DNA of 64,000 nt from the human T2T-CHM13v2.0 reference genome, Homo sapiens: the NCBI RefSeq assembly GCF_009914755.1, contig NC_060931.1, one strand, 5' to 3'. How positions within the stretch are numbered: position 1 is the stretch's first letter; every line of letters starts with the position of its first letter. Shown here in pieces: positions 61,731-64,000 of the stretch. Under the pieces are notes generated by a model. The model did not search any database and was not told the origin of the DNA. It worked only from the letters and a program-made list of their open reading frames with translations. Both the position numbers and the translations under genes were made by a program.

Positions 61731-62282
61731 AAAGATTGGGGTGGTATGTGAACCATTTAATCCTCCTAACAGGAGTAATTGGTTTCACATACTTTACCAA
61801 TAGCAATTTGCACGTAATTGTACTCTAAGTGCAAATTTATTTTACACACTCAAAAAGCAGGCTCAAATTCTCTTCTTGGCAACATATTTCAGCAAGTTCA
61901 ATGAAAAATATGTTAAGTATCTGAAAAGAAGGCTATCCGGGAATCCCCTATTTACTCTGAACTAACTAAGGGAAAATACTAGGACATGCTTGGGGAAAAA
62001 AAAAGTTAAAGGTTAAACCATAAACAGCAGTTCAGCGGTATGGCTGTATAGGCCAAAGGCCAAAATTTCACAAATAGAAATTATCACCTCTCGCTTTTCT
62101 GTAATAATGAGTATAGATGTACATGATCAATCCCAGCACCAAACAATTGAGAACTTAATACTTGGTCTTGGTACCATCTTCTCCTTTCCCCATTGCTCCT
62201 GTCTGAAAGGAGAGGGAGGTGGGAGAACAAAGCCACCAAACTGCCAGTATGAACGCTGACTTTCGATTCCAGCCCACCTTCT

Positions 62283-62303
62283 ACCTCCAGACTAGGTGGC
62301 TCA

Positions 62304-62342
<39 letters not shown>

Positions 62343-62381
62343 ACACACAGAAGCCCAGGCACCTCCAGACTAGGCTGCTCA

Positions 62382-62418
<37 letters not shown>

Positions 62419-62436
62419 ACACACAGAAGCCCAGGC
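62283..62436. repeat. Tandem duplication (78+76 bp), each unit carrying a (GT)n microsatellite
   Basis: acctccagactagg..gctcaca(GT)18cacacacagaagcccaggc followed by the same unit with (GT)17. Confidence 0.95.
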
Positions 62437-62467
62437 ACAAAGCAGAGACAAGGGACATATTTCCTAC

Positions 62468-62591
62468 CTTTCTATTTTGGGATTGCAATATGCCTCTTCA
62501 ATAAGTTCCATGTTGTCCAAATCCTCCCATTTGCCTCTATCCAAGAATTGCCATCGATACGGCAAATGGAAATGAACTCTATGGCACTTAT
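62468..62591 (-). CDS. PARP12: PARP12 exon: end of last CCCH finger and start of WWE1, 124 bp; upstream exons lie beyond the window
   Basis: atttcAG|AT AAG...GAA AG|GTagga. Encodes (D)KCHRVHFHLPYRWQFLDRGKWEDLDNMELIEEAYCNPKIE(R). Confidence 0.96.
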
Positions 62592-62784
62592 CTGAAATAA
62601 AAACATAAAGGAGTAAGATAGCTGGGCAATACACAGCATGCCCTAGCCTTGTGGTTGTCAACAGGTGTGGTGCTGCCCACTGACCTGGGAACATTCTGAA
62701 ATGTGTGGTGGAGTCTGTTTTTTCAGTGCCGGCATGCCTGAGCATTTAGATACAGAAACACTTTTTGCATTTTATTATATACAT

Positions 62785-63168
62785 TGCTATGATTTAAATG
62801 TCTGTCCCTTCTAAAACTCTTGTTACAACTTAATCGCCAATGTGATAGTATTGAGCGGTAAGGCCTTTAAGAGGTGACTGGGTCATAGATAAATGGATTA
62901 ATGGGTGTATGGGTTATCATGAGAGTGGAACTGGTGGCTTTATAAGAGGAAGCGAGACCTGAGCTAGCATGGTCAGCCCCCTTGCCATGTGATGCCCTGC
63001 AGCACCTCAGGACTCTGCAGTCCCCACCAGCAAGAAGGCCCTCATCAGATGCAGGCCCTTGACAACCTGGACTTCTCAGCCTCCATATAGGTAAGACATA
63101 AATTCCTTTTCTTTATAAATTATCCAGTTTCAGGTACTCTGTTATAAGCAACAAAATGGACTAAGACA
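62785..63168 (+). mobile_element. MaLR solo LTR (MST family)
   Basis: tgctatg...ctaagaca termini with perfect 5-bp TSD tacat. Confidence 0.9.
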
Positions 63169-63211
63169 TACATCTTCCTTCTTTATGTCTCACTTTTTAA
63201 CAGGACCTTAC

Positions 63212-63539
<328 letters not shown>

Positions 63540-64000
63540 TGAACTTTATTTAATGAGAGTAAGAAGCTGATTATGCGAAGGTCAAAGGTCTCATCACTGC
63601 AGGGGGCAGTCTGACTCCTCAATATCACTCTCTGTGTGGCAGGTGGACGGGCAGAGATCACAGCAAAGATGGAGCCAGATTCATCCCTACCAGAAATCCA
63701 TCCCAACCCAACACGTCCAACTGAAGGCAGGTCAGCAGCATGGTTACAGGCTCCTTGCATCTCTTCTGGCTAACAACATGCTCACTCCTTCCCTGACACT
63801 CTCCCACCAACATCCACACAATGGCCCAGACCTATGGGTTCCGGTGAGCTGCTCCCCTCACCAACCCCATGTTCCTCCTGGGCAGCCAGATCCTCACTTC
63901 TCTCATCACTCCAAGCACACGCTGCCTGCCCTGTCTTTGCTGGTGCCTGCCACCACCGGGAACGCCACCCACACCCTCTCCCTACCTGTCAACAGCCTAT

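Overview
Primate, almost certainly human, genomic DNA, rich in Alu, L1, L2, MIR and MaLR repeats. It holds the 3' ends of two convergent genes that I recognise as the TBXAS1/PARP12 locus (7q34, from memory). On the + strand are the last four coding exons of thromboxane A synthase (TBXAS1/CYP5A1; ExxR, PERF and [10 protein letters not shown] heme motifs; stop at 35691). The first ~22.7 kb is one long TBXAS1 intron. On the - strand are the last eight coding exons of PARP12 (end of the CCCH region, tandem WWE domains, mono-ART catalytic domain with H-Y-I triad; stop at 40152). All exons have GT-AG boundaries and their phases join in frame. The two poly(A) signals are about 3.5 kb apart. Nearly all other ORFs in the track are repeat or low-complexity artefacts. 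I found no new gene system. The best leads are RNA-processing architecture: a candidate intronic-polyadenylation switch giving a catalytic-domain-less PARP12, cis-elements around the skippable heme exon of TBXAS1, a duplicated (CA)n cassette beside a PARP12 donor, a G4/E-box minisatellite, and closely spaced inverted Alu and MITE hairpins. Exon numbers, residue numbers and repeat subfamilies come from recall and were not checked against databases.
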